64,000 nucleotides of DNA from Candidatus Bathyarchaeota archaeon. Its GTDB lineage: Archaea > Thermoproteota > Bathyarchaeia > Bathyarchaeales > Bathycorpusculaceae. The notes below the pieces were generated by a model. The model saw only the letters and a program-made list of their open reading frames with translations, was not told the origin of the DNA and made no database searches. Positions 17,441 to 27,516 of the stretch are shown piece after piece. The DNA lies in NCBI GenBank assembly GCA_963832745.1, contig CAWHVC010000003.1, positions 128,001-192,000 of the forward strand, read 5' to 3'. A program made the translations under genes and the position numbers. Positions within the stretch are counted from its first letter, which is position 1, and each line of letters begins with the position of its first letter.

Positions 17441-18898
17441 TTGAGTAAATTAAGAGGTACTGTAAAGTTTAAAGAAGATTTGTTGGCGATTTTTCGTCAT
17501 TTAAAGAAAAATCCCCAAGAACCCGACCCTATTAAAAGCTGGGCTGTCGTACCCTTTGAAGGCAAAATCAACGGAAAAACACAGAGAATTGACAACAAAC
17601 GAGCATTAGCCGCCTATTTTGGCATTAGCCACATGAAGCTTTATGACATTCTAAAAAAGAACCCTCATGGAGTAGTTGATGCTTCAAAGCCTAAAACAGT
17701 TCAACCCGAAAGCGCAAGGCAGTATCAAGAAACCATTATCCACACTGAAATCATTAAACGCTATGCCAAATACATTAACCCACAAACAGGCTTACTAACA
17801 GGACACGGTGCATCTGTTGACCGCATGGGCGAAAACCTTTTTTTCATGTTCAAACGTGACCCAGCGCTTTTAACAAAGGAGCAGTATGTGCAGGCTGTTC
17901 GTGACCCCCGATTTGCAAAGGCTGACGGCTCAATAAAAGTGGAACAACTCAGCAAAATTAGACTTGTTTTAGATACTGCCGCCCAACTAAAAGACGTTCC
18001 CATAAGTGGCTACAAATTTAGAGATGGTGACGAATTTTATGAACGAGGCTTACAGATTAAAGGCGGCAAATTGGAACTCTACTTACAAGAGCATGAACTA
18101 ATACAATTTGTCAAAAACATTGACTGTATAGACACTTTAGTAATGCACAGACTCGGCTTAGAAGCTGGAAGCCGTATTTCAAGCGCAATGTTGGTTAGCC
18201 GCGAAAATATCTTGTTTGACCTAAACACCATTGTGATGTATGAACCAAAAGTCAAGAAAAAAGAAAAACGCATCTTTGCCACTGAAACACTCGATTTTAT
18301 TAACATGTACATCAGAGAATGCCCTAAGCCAACGCCACAAAACCCCCGAAACATCGGTATAATCGGAAAACTCTTTGAAAGGCACAAGAGCGCAGGCAAA
18401 AATTATCAAAGCTATAATAGTAGCATTAGACGGGCTGGCTTTAATGCTGGACTATGGGGCTACCAGACCGACGCAAAAGGAAAACCAATGTTTACTGAAA
18501 AAACAGTTAGAAAACGAGGCGGCGGCGGTGCATTAGGCAAAGAAAAACACTACTTAACAGAAGGTAAGTTGACAACAAGCCACACAACAATGAAGCACAC
18601 CTTTGTAAGCCTTTCAAGTCAACACGGTTTTAGCATTGATGATTGTGCAAGACAAACAGGAACCAAAGCAAGCACCCTTACAGACTTCTATCACGGCGGC
18701 GGCGAAAGTACACTTTTAGCGCTTATTTTGGGGAAAAGAACTTTCGTGCCTTGGCATGTGTGGATTAGGGAAACTATAGACCCCCTTTATCGAAAACAAT
18801 ATACTGATTTGAAGAGACAGGGCAAATGGACTATTTCGAGCGAGCAACAACGCATTGAAGAAAAGACGCTTAGCGATAAAATCGAGGATGAAGCCTAA
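17441..18898 (+). CDS. Tyrosine recombinase/integrase, divergent
   Basis: Box I LGLEAGSRISS, EPKVKK, box II SHTTMKHTF...QTG...TLTDFY; TTG start at 17441 after GGTGA SD. Confidence 0.8.
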   Translation: MSKLRGTVKFKEDLLAIFRHLKKNPQEPDPIKSWAVVPFEGKINGKTQRIDNKRALAAYFGISHMKLYDILKKNPHGVVDASKPKTVQPESARQYQETIIHTEIIKRYAKYINPQTGLLTGHGASVDRMGENLFFMFKRDPALLTKEQYVQAVRDPRFAKADGSIKVEQLSKIRLVLDTAAQLKDVPISGYKFRDGDEFYERGLQIKGGKLELYLQEHELIQFVKNIDCIDTLVMHRLGLEAGSRISSAMLVSRENILFDLNTIVMYEPKVKKKEKRIFATETLDFINMYIRECPKPTPQNPRNIGIIGKLFERHKSAGKNYQSYNSSIRRAGFNAGLWGYQTDAKGKPMFTEKTVRKRGGGGALGKEKHYLTEGKLTTSHTTMKHTFVSLSSQHGFSIDDCARQTGTKASTLTDFYHGGGESTLLALILGKRTFVPWHVWIRETIDPLYRKQYTDLKRQGKWTISSEQQRIEEKTLSDKIEDEA

Positions 18899-19027
18899 TG
18901 GCTGATTCCTTTTTGACTGTTGAAGATGGCGAGGTTATGGTTAACATTAACTGCCGTTTTCATCATGCCCACATTTCCTTAAAGCAATACAACGCAATTA
19001 AGAAATTGCGGTTAGCGCCAAGCCGAG

Positions 19028-19252
19028 ATGATGACTTCGACCCAACCCCTTTCTAAGAGGCTGAAAACTTTGCACGACTCAGACAAAGAATTAGTCTGTT
19101 GGGTTATTGTCGCTATCTTGGTTTCTGTTGTGGCTGGCTGTTTGATGTTCTACATGATGCACTTAAGTGTCTCAAACAGTCAAGCAATCCCACTTTCAGA
19201 CCCAGCCAACCCACTAAACCCAATATGGCAGGTGAAGGACTTTGGAAGATGA
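19028..19252 (+). CDS. Viral small membrane protein
   Basis: Single TM segment; start uncertain. Confidence 0.45.
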   Translation: MMTSTQPLSKRLKTLHDSDKELVCWVIVAILVSVVAGCLMFYMMHLSVSNSQAIPLSDPANPLNPIWQVKDFGR

Positions 19253-19378
19253 TTGGACTTTTGACTGCCTTTCTTTTCTAATCGGTGGCGATGTTGTTAT
19301 CTTTATTTTTATTGCATTAGCTCTGTTAGGGTTTGTTTAGGAACAAAGTTTTTTAACTCAACCAAACAACCTTTTTTT

Positions 19379-19564
19379 ATGTCACCAAATAAAAACGGCT
19401 TACCTTGCCCTAAATGCAAGACCGAAACTCAAGACCTTTTCTCTGTTGAAAATGGAACCGAAAAAATATTTTGTCTTGTTTGTGGTACCGAGAAAGGACT
19501 TTTAGAAACAGGGGATACCCCAAAAAGCGCCTGCGGCGCACGGCACAAAGTAGCGCAAGTCTAA
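19379..19564 (+). CDS. Viral Zn-ribbon protein
   Basis: CPKC...CLVCG. Confidence 0.55.
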   Translation: MSPNKNGLPCPKCKTETQDLFSVENGTEKIFCLVCGTEKGLLETGDTPKSACGARHKVAQV

Positions 19565-19652
19565 AGAAGTATTCAGGGGTGACCCCCAAAAAGGTTTTTT
19601 GAAGTCTTTTAATTGACTTGATTTTGTTTTTTGAAGTGTAAGAATGTCAATT

Positions 19653-19680
19653 TATGCAGAAACCTAAGAGGGGTAGGTCG
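19653..19680 (+). repeat. attR: 9-bp core + right half of dispersed host repeat (TATGCAGAA-ACCTAAGAGGGGTAGGTCG)
   Basis: Right half matches 31130-31148 at 18/19. Confidence 0.85.
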
Positions 19681-19797
19681 CCTATTGGTTGAAAAGCGCG
19701 CATGTGCATGTTAAAAAAATTAGTGCTTATACAAGAAAAGAGCAACTTGAAGAGAGAGAGAACAGAGCAAAGCACGTAAACAAGCCAAAAAACAGAA

Positions 19798-20055
19798 TTA
19801 CATGTGCTCAACTATTTCAATCACATTAACGGTTGAAGCAATCCAACGCAAATACGCGTTAACCGTGGCCCGTAAAGCAATAGTGTCGTCCGCATCAACC
19901 GTTAACACAAGAAAGTTATCGTTCACCTGCAAATCCACATTTGCTCGATGGGTAACAGGCGAGTTAACTTCAGGCTTCAACGCCGCAACTGCCGCCGTCA
20001 ACTGTTTGGAGTCACAGAATTTCAAACATATAGACGCTTTAGCCTTAATCGCCAT
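19798..20055 (-). CDS. pcc1: KEOPS complex subunit Pcc1
   Basis: ALKPE...ADDTIALRATVNAYLRWI; conserved position after rpl37ae. Confidence 0.88.
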   Translation of the reverse strand: MAIKAKASICLKFCDSKQLTAAVAALKPEVNSPVTHRANVDLQVNDNFLVLTVDADDTIALRATVNAYLRWIASTVNVIEIVEHM

Positions 20056-20146
20056 TAATTTTCACTTGAGAATTAATTATTGTTCAAATAGATAAGGCTA
20101 AGTCAGAAACAAAAAATAAAATAAGTTATAGAAGAAAAGAAGCCGT

Positions 20147-20485
20147 TTACTCGACTTCTTCTTCGGTTGTTGCCGTCTCAACTGCTGGAGCAGTGGTTTT
20201 TGCGGTTTCTTCGGCTACTGCACCTTTTGCAGACCGCCTAGCTACAATACCAAGTTTTGTCAGTGGAGTGTATGCTCCGCCTGCATAGGTATAGTTGCAT
20301 TTACCGCATTGCCAGACGCCGACACTTACGCGGTGTACTCTAACGAAACCGCATTGTGGGCACTTGTGAGGCCTCTTTAGTTCAGTTATCACTTTTACAT
20401 AGCGTTTTCTAACTGTGGAGCCGTAACGTACGCCTAAACCACGAGTTGGACCAACTTTCTTCATTTTCGGCAACTTTTTCACCAA
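20147..20485 (-). CDS. rpl37ae: 50S ribosomal protein eL43 (L37ae)
   Basis: GVRYG, CPQC, GVWQCGKC, AGGAY. Confidence 0.95.
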   Translation of the reverse strand: MVKKLPKMKKVGPTRGLGVRYGSTVRKRYVKVITELKRPHKCPQCGFVRVHRVSVGVWQCGKCNYTYAGGAYTPLTKLGIVARRSAKGAVAEETAKTTAPAVETATTEEEVE

Positions 20486-21270
20486 TCAAGTTTCTTACGC
20501 AGTTCTGCTGCTTTTGCTTGTGCAATCTTTGAAGCTTCTAAAATCTGTTGCGGTGTGAAATAGCCTGAACCACCTTTCTGGATGGCGCAAATGTTACCTT
20601 CATCGTTGGTTGCCATGGTGAGTCTTGAGTCCATTACTTGTTCTTCTTCAAGTTGAGGATCAACGATTAGTTGGTTGTTGATTTTGCCGATTGTAACAGT
20701 GATTGGGTGACTCTTCATTGGTAGTGGTGTGTAGCCTTGCTTGATTTTCAGTTCGCCATCTTTGATTTCATAGTTTGGCATTTTAGTGTTTAGCAATGCA
20801 GCCATTGCAGCTAATGCGGAAGCGTCAATCAGGTTACCGTCATGATTCAACACGTAAACGTCTACGAAGACAACGAAGACTTTTTTGCCTGCTTCAATGC
20901 ACAGTTTTTCTGTGTCGATAGCATGTGATTCACGTATTCCACGGTCAACGATTCTTGCGAGTTCAATGCTGTTTTCGTCTGGTGGTCCTGGCTCAAAGTT
21001 TGGTGAAGCTAACGGTACAAGTTCAGCGTTTACTGTTTGTACACCATCATTTGGTGTATCTGGGAATGGTTCGCCGGTTTCAACTTTAACGCCGACCAGA
21101 ACCTCGGTTTTTCCTAGGTAAACACGTGCTGAACCTTCGGCTTTCTCGATTATTCCTTGTTCAAGTTTGATAGGTCGGTAATCTTGCAGGCCACGTTCAT
21201 CTAAACGTTGGCCTTTTTCGATGTGCTGACTAATTTGCTTCAGTCTAACTCTTGTAATAAGTGATGACAT
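20479..21270 (-). CDS. rrp42: Exosome complex subunit Rrp42
   Basis: RNase PH fold; PFPDTP, FEPGPPDEN, DGNLIDA. Confidence 0.95.
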   Translation of the reverse strand: MSSLITRVRLKQISQHIEKGQRLDERGLQDYRPIKLEQGIIEKAEGSARVYLGKTEVLVGVKVETGEPFPDTPNDGVQTVNAELVPLASPNFEPGPPDENSIELARIVDRGIRESHAIDTEKLCIEAGKKVFVVFVDVYVLNHDGNLIDASALAAMAALLNTKMPNYEIKDGELKIKQGYTPLPMKSHPITVTIGKINNQLIVDPQLEEEQVMDSRLTMATNDEGNICAIQKGGSGYFTPQQILEASKIAQAKAAELRKKLDW

Positions 21271-22019
21271 TACTCTTCAACCTCTTTATCTTCTACGTCT
21301 TTAACAACCATATATTTGGTTTTTAACGCTTCTTTCTGCATCTCATAGATTTTCTTGCAGCCACCCATAGCCAAATCTATAGCTTGCTGGAATTCATCCT
21401 GAGTTAGGATACCATCCATTTGAAGCAGAGTAATAGCGTTTAATGCGGGCATGTAAGCAACTGGAACATCTGCGGCGCCAAGCTTGTCTTCTGCATCGAA
21501 CAAGTCAAGAACAACAGTGTCGTCGACTTTTCCAGCTGCACAAGCAACTACAAGGTCACGCATTGGGACACCAGCGTCAGCAATTGCTAAAGCTGCAGCA
21601 GTGATGGCTGCGCATCTTGTTCCGCCGTCTGCTTGCAATACTTCTATGAAAACGTCTACGCCTGTTCTTGGGTAAAGTTCCAGGAACAATGCTGGTTCGA
21701 GTGATTCACGGATTACTTTTGAGAGTTCAACTTCTCTTCTGGATGGTGCTGGTGATTTTCGTTCTTGAACTGAGAATGGCGCCATGTGATAGCGGCATCT
21801 TAGAACCATTCTGTCTGCAAGTGCTAAGTGTTTTGGATGCATTTCTCTTGGGCCGAAAGCTGCGGCTAAAATCTTGTTTTTACCGTGTTCAATGTAAGCT
21901 GAACCATCAGCGTTTGAGAGTACACCGACTTGAAGTTTTAGGGGCCGAAGTTCATCCGCTTTGCGGCCATCTAATCTAATACCTTTTTTGTCAATCAATT
22001 TATCGGGTTTTTCATTCAT
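21270..22019 (-). CDS. rrp41: Exosome complex exonuclease Rrp41
   Basis: RLDGR, ADGSAY, MAPFSV.ERK, QADGGTR. Confidence 0.96.
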   Translation of the reverse strand: MNEKPDKLIDKKGIRLDGRKADELRPLKLQVGVLSNADGSAYIEHGKNKILAAAFGPREMHPKHLALADRMVLRCRYHMAPFSVQERKSPAPSRREVELSKVIRESLEPALFLELYPRTGVDVFIEVLQADGGTRCAAITAAALAIADAGVPMRDLVVACAAGKVDDTVVLDLFDAEDKLGAADVPVAYMPALNAITLLQMDGILTQDEFQQAIDLAMGGCKKIYEMQKEALKTKYMVVKDVEDKEVEE

Positions 22020-22722
22020 TTTGGGGTTCCTCCACTGTTACTTTACTTTCTTTAAGAAGTTGGGTGATACGATCGGTTAGACCACTTGTGTGGGATTCCT
22101 GCTCGATTTTTCTAATAGCTGTGATAGCGAGTTCCTCGTCTTCTGGGGTCTTACCAGTGACCAAAATTACTCCGTTGAGTCCAAGAATAATTTGGCAGTT
22201 TGTTTCCTGTTTAATCATAGAAATCATTGAACCTTTTCTGCCGATGACTCGTGGAATCTTTGTTGGAACAACATGAAGTAATTGTCCACGGGTAATTTTT
22301 CCAAGGCCTGGTTCTCCAACGGTAAGTTGTGGGTCATGCGCTCGGTCGTATGAAGCGATTTTTGCAACAATTAAATCGCCTGCATTTAAAACTTGAGATA
22401 ACTCGTCATTTTGAGGCTTAAAAGGCCTGCTTAAGACGTCGGATGCTCGTAGCATTGCAGTGTAGGGTGACTTAATATCAACTGTCCAACCGTTAAATCC
22501 AACTTCCGTAACGGTTCCAATAACTATGTCGCCTACTTTAGGCACGTAAAAAGCCCTAAGCGCAACCACGTTGACCTTTTTGTTGTCGATATCTACAAGT
22601 CCAATTCGTTGAGCGTAGATTTTGTTTTCTTCAACATACGTGTTTTCGCCGGGTAAATAGTCGCCTTCTGCAAGCATTTCTCCAGGCGTAACAAGCTGTT
22701 TTTTTTCAAAGAATGTTGGCAT
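22012..22722 (-). CDS. rrp4: Exosome RNA-binding subunit Rrp4
   Basis: S1 + KH domains; [17 protein letters not shown]. Confidence 0.95.
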   Translation of the reverse strand: MPTFFEKKQLVTPGEMLAEGDYLPGENTYVEENKIYAQRIGLVDIDNKKVNVVALRAFYVPKVGDIVIGTVTEVGFNGWTVDIKSPYTAMLRASDVLSRPFKPQNDELSQVLNAGDLIVAKIASYDRAHDPQLTVGEPGLGKITRGQLLHVVPTKIPRVIGRKGSMISMIKQETNCQIILGLNGVILVTGKTPEDEELAITAIRKIEQESHTSGLTDRITQLLKESKVTVEEPQNE

Positions 22723-22757
22723 AAAATTCTCTTCCAAATTTTAGTTTTCCATTATTT

Positions 22758-23450
22758 TTAAGATATTATTTTTGCTTCTCCACTTCCCTTAGTTACGTCG
22801 CCAAGTTTGTTTAGCACCGAAGCATAAACTCCAGCAGGCATTTCGATTTCCCCATACCAGGAGCCATCACCGCGCCATTCTTCACGTTTAAGAACACCAA
22901 AAGACTTGATTGTTCCATAAGCTCTTGAAGCGAACTGTGATGGCACTTTTACTGCAACAATAACTTGCTCAATCTTTAAAGGCAAAATTGGTCTAAGCAG
23001 TTTAACTATATCCTTTGATTGCTCCTCAACTGACTTGTAAGGGTCAATAGGGTAACGGATTTGCTCCATGGCGTTTTCGATACGTGCCGGTGGATGCGGC
23101 AGATTTGTTTTGGGGTCAACTGCTTGGCGAGAGATAAAATCAATAATTTGCCTGCGTTTATCATCAACCATCTTGCGTCTTTGATCGGTTGTTAACTGCA
23201 AGGTGCCTTTCTTTAAAATTTCATCCGCAATTTTTAATGGGTCAACTGTTTTGAAGGCTTTTTTCATTATTTCTTCAGAAACTTTGGTACCCTTATTAGC
23301 GTCAGAAAAAACAGTTTCAGCGGCTAAAACCTCGGTAATTGCCGATGTTTTGCCGTTTCGGTAATCTAACGCTTTTTGCGGTTTTACTAAGATTTCGAAG
23401 TGCTCGTTGTCTTTGGTTAAGCGTGCAACGGTGAACCTTTCACTCATCAC
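22758..23450 (-). CDS. sdo1: Ribosome maturation protein Sdo1/SBDS
   Basis: HFEILV, DPKTNLPHPPARIE. Confidence 0.95.
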   Translation of the reverse strand: MMSERFTVARLTKDNEHFEILVKPQKALDYRNGKTSAITEVLAAETVFSDANKGTKVSEEIMKKAFKTVDPLKIADEILKKGTLQLTTDQRRKMVDDKRRQIIDFISRQAVDPKTNLPHPPARIENAMEQIRYPIDPYKSVEEQSKDIVKLLRPILPLKIEQVIVAVKVPSQFASRAYGTIKSFGVLKREEWRGDGSWYGEIEMPAGVYASVLNKLGDVTKGSGEAKIIS

Positions 23451-23454
23451 AACG

Positions 23455-24183
23455 TCACTTGCTTGAACCCAGCTCTTTAATGTAAGAGTCTATTTTTTCG
23501 TCAGAGAGCATCTCAAGCGTTTTAGTGGCAGTTGGTATGATAGCAATTTTGATGCGTGGCGGAAGCTGCCTTGCCTCTAAAGCTTTTACTAAGCATTTTA
23601 CTGCAAGTTTTGTTGTGTCCTCAAGACTAATGGTTTCTTTGTAGTCTTCTTTGAGAATGTTCAGGACTGTTTCTCTTCCTGCGCCTAAAGCGGTTGCTTT
23701 GTAGCCTCTGTATGTTCCGCTGGGGTGTGTTCCGAAAACGCGTGAACCAGTCTTGTCGACTCCTGCGAAGATTATTGACACTCCGAAGGGTCTTACACCG
23801 GCATGCTGCGTATACATTTGTTGTATATCGCAGATACGTTTGGTTACAACCTCAACATCTATGGGTTCATCGTAAGTTAATTTATTGCTTTGAGCATAAA
23901 CTCTCGCCTGATCAATCAGGATTCTTGCGTCGGAACTAAGACCAACAATTGCTGCTCCAATATGGTCATCTACACGGAAGATTTTGTAAGAGAAGCCTGC
24001 TTCTTCAAGGACTTCGATGCTTTCTTCAGAACCAAGCACGACACCTTCAGCGGTTTGGATGCCTAAAATTGTGGCTCCACGATTAACTAATTCCATGGCA
24101 TATTCTACTTGGAAAAGTCTGCCATCGGGGGAGAAAACAGTAATTGCGCGGTCATATGCTCCGGGTGCTGCAAATACAGACAT
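23455..24183 (-). CDS. psmA: Proteasome alpha subunit
   Basis: YDRAITVFSPDGRLFQVEYA, GVRPFGVS. Confidence 0.97.
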   Translation of the reverse strand: MSVFAAPGAYDRAITVFSPDGRLFQVEYAMELVNRGATILGIQTAEGVVLGSEESIEVLEEAGFSYKIFRVDDHIGAAIVGLSSDARILIDQARVYAQSNKLTYDEPIDVEVVTKRICDIQQMYTQHAGVRPFGVSIIFAGVDKTGSRVFGTHPSGTYRGYKATALGAGRETVLNILKEDYKETISLEDTTKLAVKCLVKALEARQLPPRIKIAIIPTATKTLEMLSDEKIDSYIKELGSSK

Positions 24184-24677
24184 AACGTTAACCTCACTTT
24201 ACACTTCTACACTTTGCACAGTCTCATATAATAACTAAACTAAAAACCTTTCCTATTAAAGCAATCTGGGGGTTGACTATGCAATCCACAAATTGCAACA
24301 CTATTTAGCAAATATACAATAAGTCCATACACATTTGTAAACTTAACGCTGAAAAAACTAAAAGCTTGATTGAATTTTAAACTAAAAAATAGAGCCAAGA
24401 CAACACTTTTTTGTATGAAATACCCAGGTCTTCTTGCTTAAAAAATCTTTACAAACCAATTTTAACGGCAATTAACAGCCAACCACTGGTTTTGTATTTC
24501 TTAACAGGTAAGCAAACGTTTGGTTAAAGTTAAGTACAATTAGATTAGAAAACGCTGGATTTTTCCACTCGGCAAGCATACGTCAAGAAAAACGGCATTC
24601 TGGAAAATGTTAACTGGGATCAAGTCAACAAAAACATGGAGTCATGTTAAGTAAGCAAGATTTTTTCAAAAAAAGAA

Positions 24678-24992
24678 TTAGGGTGGAGTTATTTTTATGG
24701 CTTGTGTGGGGCACTGCATCTCGCAAGCTAAACACTGTATGCAATCTTTTTCTCTTGCAGGGTCAGATTTTTTCTCTGAAAGGGAGTTTCCAGGAGATTC
24801 AGCCCACTCATAAAGCGATACAGGACAAACATCGACACATACGCCGTCACCGACGCAGACATCCCAGTCAACTGCAACGTTTGTTCCGTGAACGCCAAGC
24901 TTGTTAGGAGGTTCAACTGGACCCCAAACGTTATGGCCATTATGTTCTGATACTACTTTGCGGTTTTTTTGAAAATCAGGATCAATAGGCAA
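24678..24992 (-). CDS. Dicluster ferredoxin with His-containing N-terminal extension (Zn-ferredoxin-like)
   Basis: CVGDGVCVDVCP and CIQCLACEMQCP. Confidence 0.88.
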   Translation of the reverse strand: MPIDPDFQKNRKVVSEHNGHNVWGPVEPPNKLGVHGTNVAVDWDVCVGDGVCVDVCPVSLYEWAESPGNSLSEKKSDPAREKDCIQCLACEMQCPTQAIKITPP

Positions 24993-25090
24993 AACAATTC
25001 ACCATCAATAAAGCGGAAAAGCGGAAATATTAGTTTTTCTCCAAGTCTTGTTTAGGCAAAATATTATCTAAACCCCTTTCTAATTCTTAA

Positions 25091-25864
25091 ATGGTTAAAA
25101 TGACTCGTTATAGCCTGCCGACTGGAATGCGGTATGCTACCCTCAGCGAAAGAGAACAGTTTTACAGAGAAGAGTTCAACCTAAATAGGGTAGCCGAATG
25201 GTTCAGCCATCCAGTGGGTAAAATAAAGTTTGCAGTAATTATGGGCAGGCATACACAGATTTACCCCGAAAAGTACCGAGACAACGCCGCAACAACTATC
25301 ATCATTGATGACTACACGAGCCTTGAAGATGTTAAGGGTGAAGTTGTGGAGTTTTTGCCCGAAGCAGTATATTATGACCGAACCGTTTACGGCGAAAACA
25401 ACGAAAAACTCGGACAGGAGCTCGCTTTTGATCTTGATCCAGAAAATGTAGTTTGCCCCATTCATGGCAGCCTTGAGGATAAGATGAAGCGTGGGCAGGG
25501 CTTAAGCTTCTGCGAACTGGAACTAGACATTGTTAAACGTGAAGCGACTGATTTAATCGAAAAGTTAGGAATCCGTTTTTCCGATTTGAGGGTTGTTTAT
25601 TCGGGAAGAGGCTTTCATATTCACGTTTTTGACCAAGAAGCATACGGTTTAAACCAAAAGCAGCGGCTTGAGATAGCCCGCGAAGTTAAGCATGCAGGTT
25701 TTCATATTGATGAATGGGTTACCTCTGGCGAAATGCGGCTAATTCGGTTGCCCTTTAGCCTCAATGGTTTAGTGTCACGTATAGTGTTACCTCTACAGAA
25801 ACAGGAGCTTGAAGCTTTCAACCCAGTTACCGACGAACGGTGTAAACCAAAATTTTTGGGTTAA
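25091..25864 (+). CDS. Stand-alone archaeo-eukaryotic primase (PriS-like) protein
   Basis: ELAFDLD, VYSGRGFHIH, RLIRLPFSLNG. Confidence 0.8.
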   Translation: MVKMTRYSLPTGMRYATLSEREQFYREEFNLNRVAEWFSHPVGKIKFAVIMGRHTQIYPEKYRDNAATTIIIDDYTSLEDVKGEVVEFLPEAVYYDRTVYGENNEKLGQELAFDLDPENVVCPIHGSLEDKMKRGQGLSFCELELDIVKREATDLIEKLGIRFSDLRVVYSGRGFHIHVFDQEAYGLNQKQRLEIAREVKHAGFHIDEWVTSGEMRLIRLPFSLNGLVSRIVLPLQKQELEAFNPVTDERCKPKFLG

Positions 25865-25868
25865 ACGA

Positions 25869-25958
25869 CTACTTTTTTACGTCTTTAGCTTTCTTTTCAG
25901 ATTTACTGTAATAGTAGGCTTGCTTCTTTTTTGTGTCTTCAGCTTTTTGTTTTGCCAT
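25869..25958 (-). CDS. Small basic peptide (29 aa)
   Basis: GAGGG SD; MAKQKAEDTKKKQAYYYSKSEKKAKDVKK. Confidence 0.4.
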   Translation of the reverse strand: MAKQKAEDTKKKQAYYYSKSEKKAKDVKK

Positions 25959-26072
25959 AACAAACCCTCAAAAACATGTAAACTTTATATGCATAAAAAA
26001 TTTGTCTTAAAATGCGAGAATTGAAAGGTTTATTTGGCTTTTGCACCTTACCTTTAAAGTGCTGGTTTATTT

Positions 26073-27449
26073 ATGGTTGAACAATTTGACAGTATTGTTA
26101 TTGGTTCAGGCTCAGGCATGCTTATCGCTTCAATAGCAGTAGAACAAGGCCAAAAAGTAGCGCTTGTTGAAAGTGGACGCATGGGAGGAACCTGCATTAA
26201 CCGTGGTTGTGTGCCATCTAAAATGTTGATTTACCCCGCCGACGTAGCAGCCACCCTTAAAGATTCAGAAAAAATCGGCGTTAATGCAACCATAAACTCG
26301 ATGGATTTTCAGAACATCATGGCACGTATGCATAAGCTTGTTGATGGGGACTCAAACATGCAAGCTCAAGGAGTAGAACAAACGTCAACGCTTACATGGT
26401 TTAAAGAAACAGGAGAATTCACAGGCGACTACACCATGCAAATCGGTACTCAAACCATCACCGCCAAAAAAATATACATAGTGTCAGGCGCACGTTCAGC
26501 CATTCCACCGATTAAGGACCTTGAACGCATCAACTACCTAACAAGCGATAACGTGCTACAATTGCAGACCCCACCTAAAAGCGTTATAATTGTTGGCGGT
26601 GGATACATCGGCGTCGAATATGGCCACTTTTTTGCCGGAATGGGAGTAAAAACCACGATTATTCAACGTTCATCTAAACTGATACCGGAAGAGGAGCCGG
26701 AAGTTTCTGACTTGTTGAAGTTGGAACTGGAGAAAAGGATTGAATTATACACTAATTTTGAAGCTTTAGAGGCACGCCAAGAGCCTGACGGAGTAGTTTT
26801 GACCACCAGAAGCCGAATTGATGGAACCGTTAAAGAGTTTAAGGCTGAAAGGTTAATGATTGCAACTGGCCGAGTTTCAAACGCTGACATTCTTAGGCCA
26901 GAAAAAACTGGCGTACAACTTGACGAACGTGGTTACATAAAAGTTAACGATTATTTGGAAACCAGTAAGAAGAATATTTGGGCATTTGGCGACGCTATTG
27001 GAAAAGCCATGTTTAAACATGCCGCCAATTTTGAAGCTGGTATTGTTTGGCACAACTCAAATCATGACCACAAGGTTCCAATGAGCTACTTGACGGTGCC
27101 GCATGGAATCTTTACTCATCCTCAAGTTGCGTCTATTGGGCTTAAAGAGGCTGAAGCAAAAGCACAAAAACTTAACATCCTAATTGGCAGGGCGCTTTAT
27201 CGTGACACCGCCATGGGAGCCGCAATGGGTGAACCAAACGGTTTCGTAAAAGTAATTGTGGAGCAGAAAACGGGCAAAATCCTTGGCGCTCACATAATCG
27301 GCGTAGAAGCTCCAGTACTAATTCAGGAAATCGTTAACGCGATGGCTTCGGGCAACGGAACTTTCGAGCCCATTGCTCAGGCAATGCATATTCACCCGGC
27401 ACTTTCTGAAGTAGTGCAGAACGCATTTGGGAATTTGCAGCCGGCCTAA
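26073..27449 (+). CDS. Pyridine nucleotide-disulfide oxidoreductase (dihydrolipoamide dehydrogenase/mycothione reductase-like)
   Basis: GSGSG, GGTCINRGCVPSK, GGGYIG, HPALSE. Confidence 0.92.
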   Translation: MVEQFDSIVIGSGSGMLIASIAVEQGQKVALVESGRMGGTCINRGCVPSKMLIYPADVAATLKDSEKIGVNATINSMDFQNIMARMHKLVDGDSNMQAQGVEQTSTLTWFKETGEFTGDYTMQIGTQTITAKKIYIVSGARSAIPPIKDLERINYLTSDNVLQLQTPPKSVIIVGGGYIGVEYGHFFAGMGVKTTIIQRSSKLIPEEEPEVSDLLKLELEKRIELYTNFEALEARQEPDGVVLTTRSRIDGTVKEFKAERLMIATGRVSNADILRPEKTGVQLDERGYIKVNDYLETSKKNIWAFGDAIGKAMFKHAANFEAGIVWHNSNHDHKVPMSYLTVPHGIFTHPQVASIGLKEAEAKAQKLNILIGRALYRDTAMGAAMGEPNGFVKVIVEQKTGKILGAHIIGVEAPVLIQEIVNAMASGNGTFEPIAQAMHIHPALSEVVQNAFGNLQPA

Positions 27450-27516
27450 CGTTTGCCTGAATCTAAACAGTTATATTTGCCTAAAAACCTAATTTCTAAA
27501 CAGGAGTAGGTTTTTT

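Larger units (their letters stand above)
7124..19661. mobile_element. Integrated provirus of a tailless icosahedral (double-jelly-roll, PRD1/PM2/STIV lineage) virus, ~12.5 kb
   Basis: Dense co-oriented non-host ORFs, packaging ATPase + MCP candidate + membrane proteins + tyrosine recombinase. Flanked by the direct repeat TATGCAGAA (7124-7132, 19653-19661); removing the element restores a host repeat seen intact elsewhere in the window. Confidence 0.88.

Noticed and set aside
7124-19661. 9-bp flanks as a DDE transposon or casposon target-site duplication
   Set aside because: No DDE transposase, Cas1 or terminal inverted repeats seen; a tyrosine recombinase core is more parsimonious.
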